Of a stretch of DNA of 64,000 nucleotides, positions 63,889-64,000 are shown in pieces. Source of the DNA: Phoronis australis. Taxonomy: Eukaryota > Animalia > Phoronida. The stretch's first letter is position 1. The number at the start of each line of letters is the position of its first letter. Position numbers and translations under genes: made by a program. The stretch is taken from NCBI GenBank assembly GCA_002633005.1, contig NMRA01000051.1:1-64000 (forward strand). Direction: 5' to 3'. A model generated the notes under the pieces. That model searched no databases. It was given only the letters and a program-made list of their open reading frames with translations, and was not told the DNA's origin.

Positions 63889-64000
63889 ATGTTTGTCCCT
63901 ATCACTTTAACCTACCACTTGGCTGATGTCGTAGCCCCAGAGTATAAACAAAAAACAATTGTAATGTTTGTCACTATCACTTTAACCTACCACTTGGCTG
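63889..64000. repeat. Tandem repeat, period about 75 bp, cut by window edge
   Basis: atgtttgtc[c/a]ctatcactttaacctaccacttggctg at 63889 and 63964. Confidence 0.7.

Overview
AT-rich, intron-rich animal genomic DNA, probably a marine invertebrate (inferred from gene structure and repeat types). It is not prokaryotic and has no CRISPR array or rRNA. Host genes: SLC30A7/ZnT7 (+, 10 coding exons, exon 1 not found); a complete SLC35D1/D2-type UDP-sugar transporter (-, 10 exons, 330 aa); an intron-containing MDH2 copy with two +1 frameshifts (-); a 3-exon Reeler/mucin-stalk/TM protein gene (+, 461 aa); and the 3' part of SELENOI/EPT1 without selenocysteine (-), whose last two coding exons are duplicated across an N (likely two haplotypes). 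Mobile DNA: a spliced transposase-like gene at the left edge, a young APE-RT LINE flanked by a perfect 212-bp duplication, two decayed LINE relatives, an LTR-like segment with heat-shock elements next to a TATA box facing SLC35D, ~145-bp satellite arrays carrying CTCF-like motifs, nested MITEs and tRNA-derived SINE heads. I see no demonstrably new multi-gene system. The strongest leads are the 212-bp TSD, the HSE-bearing LTR-like promoter, the CTCF-like arrays, the possible Kolobok-type element and the frameshifted MDH2. All alignments were done by eye.
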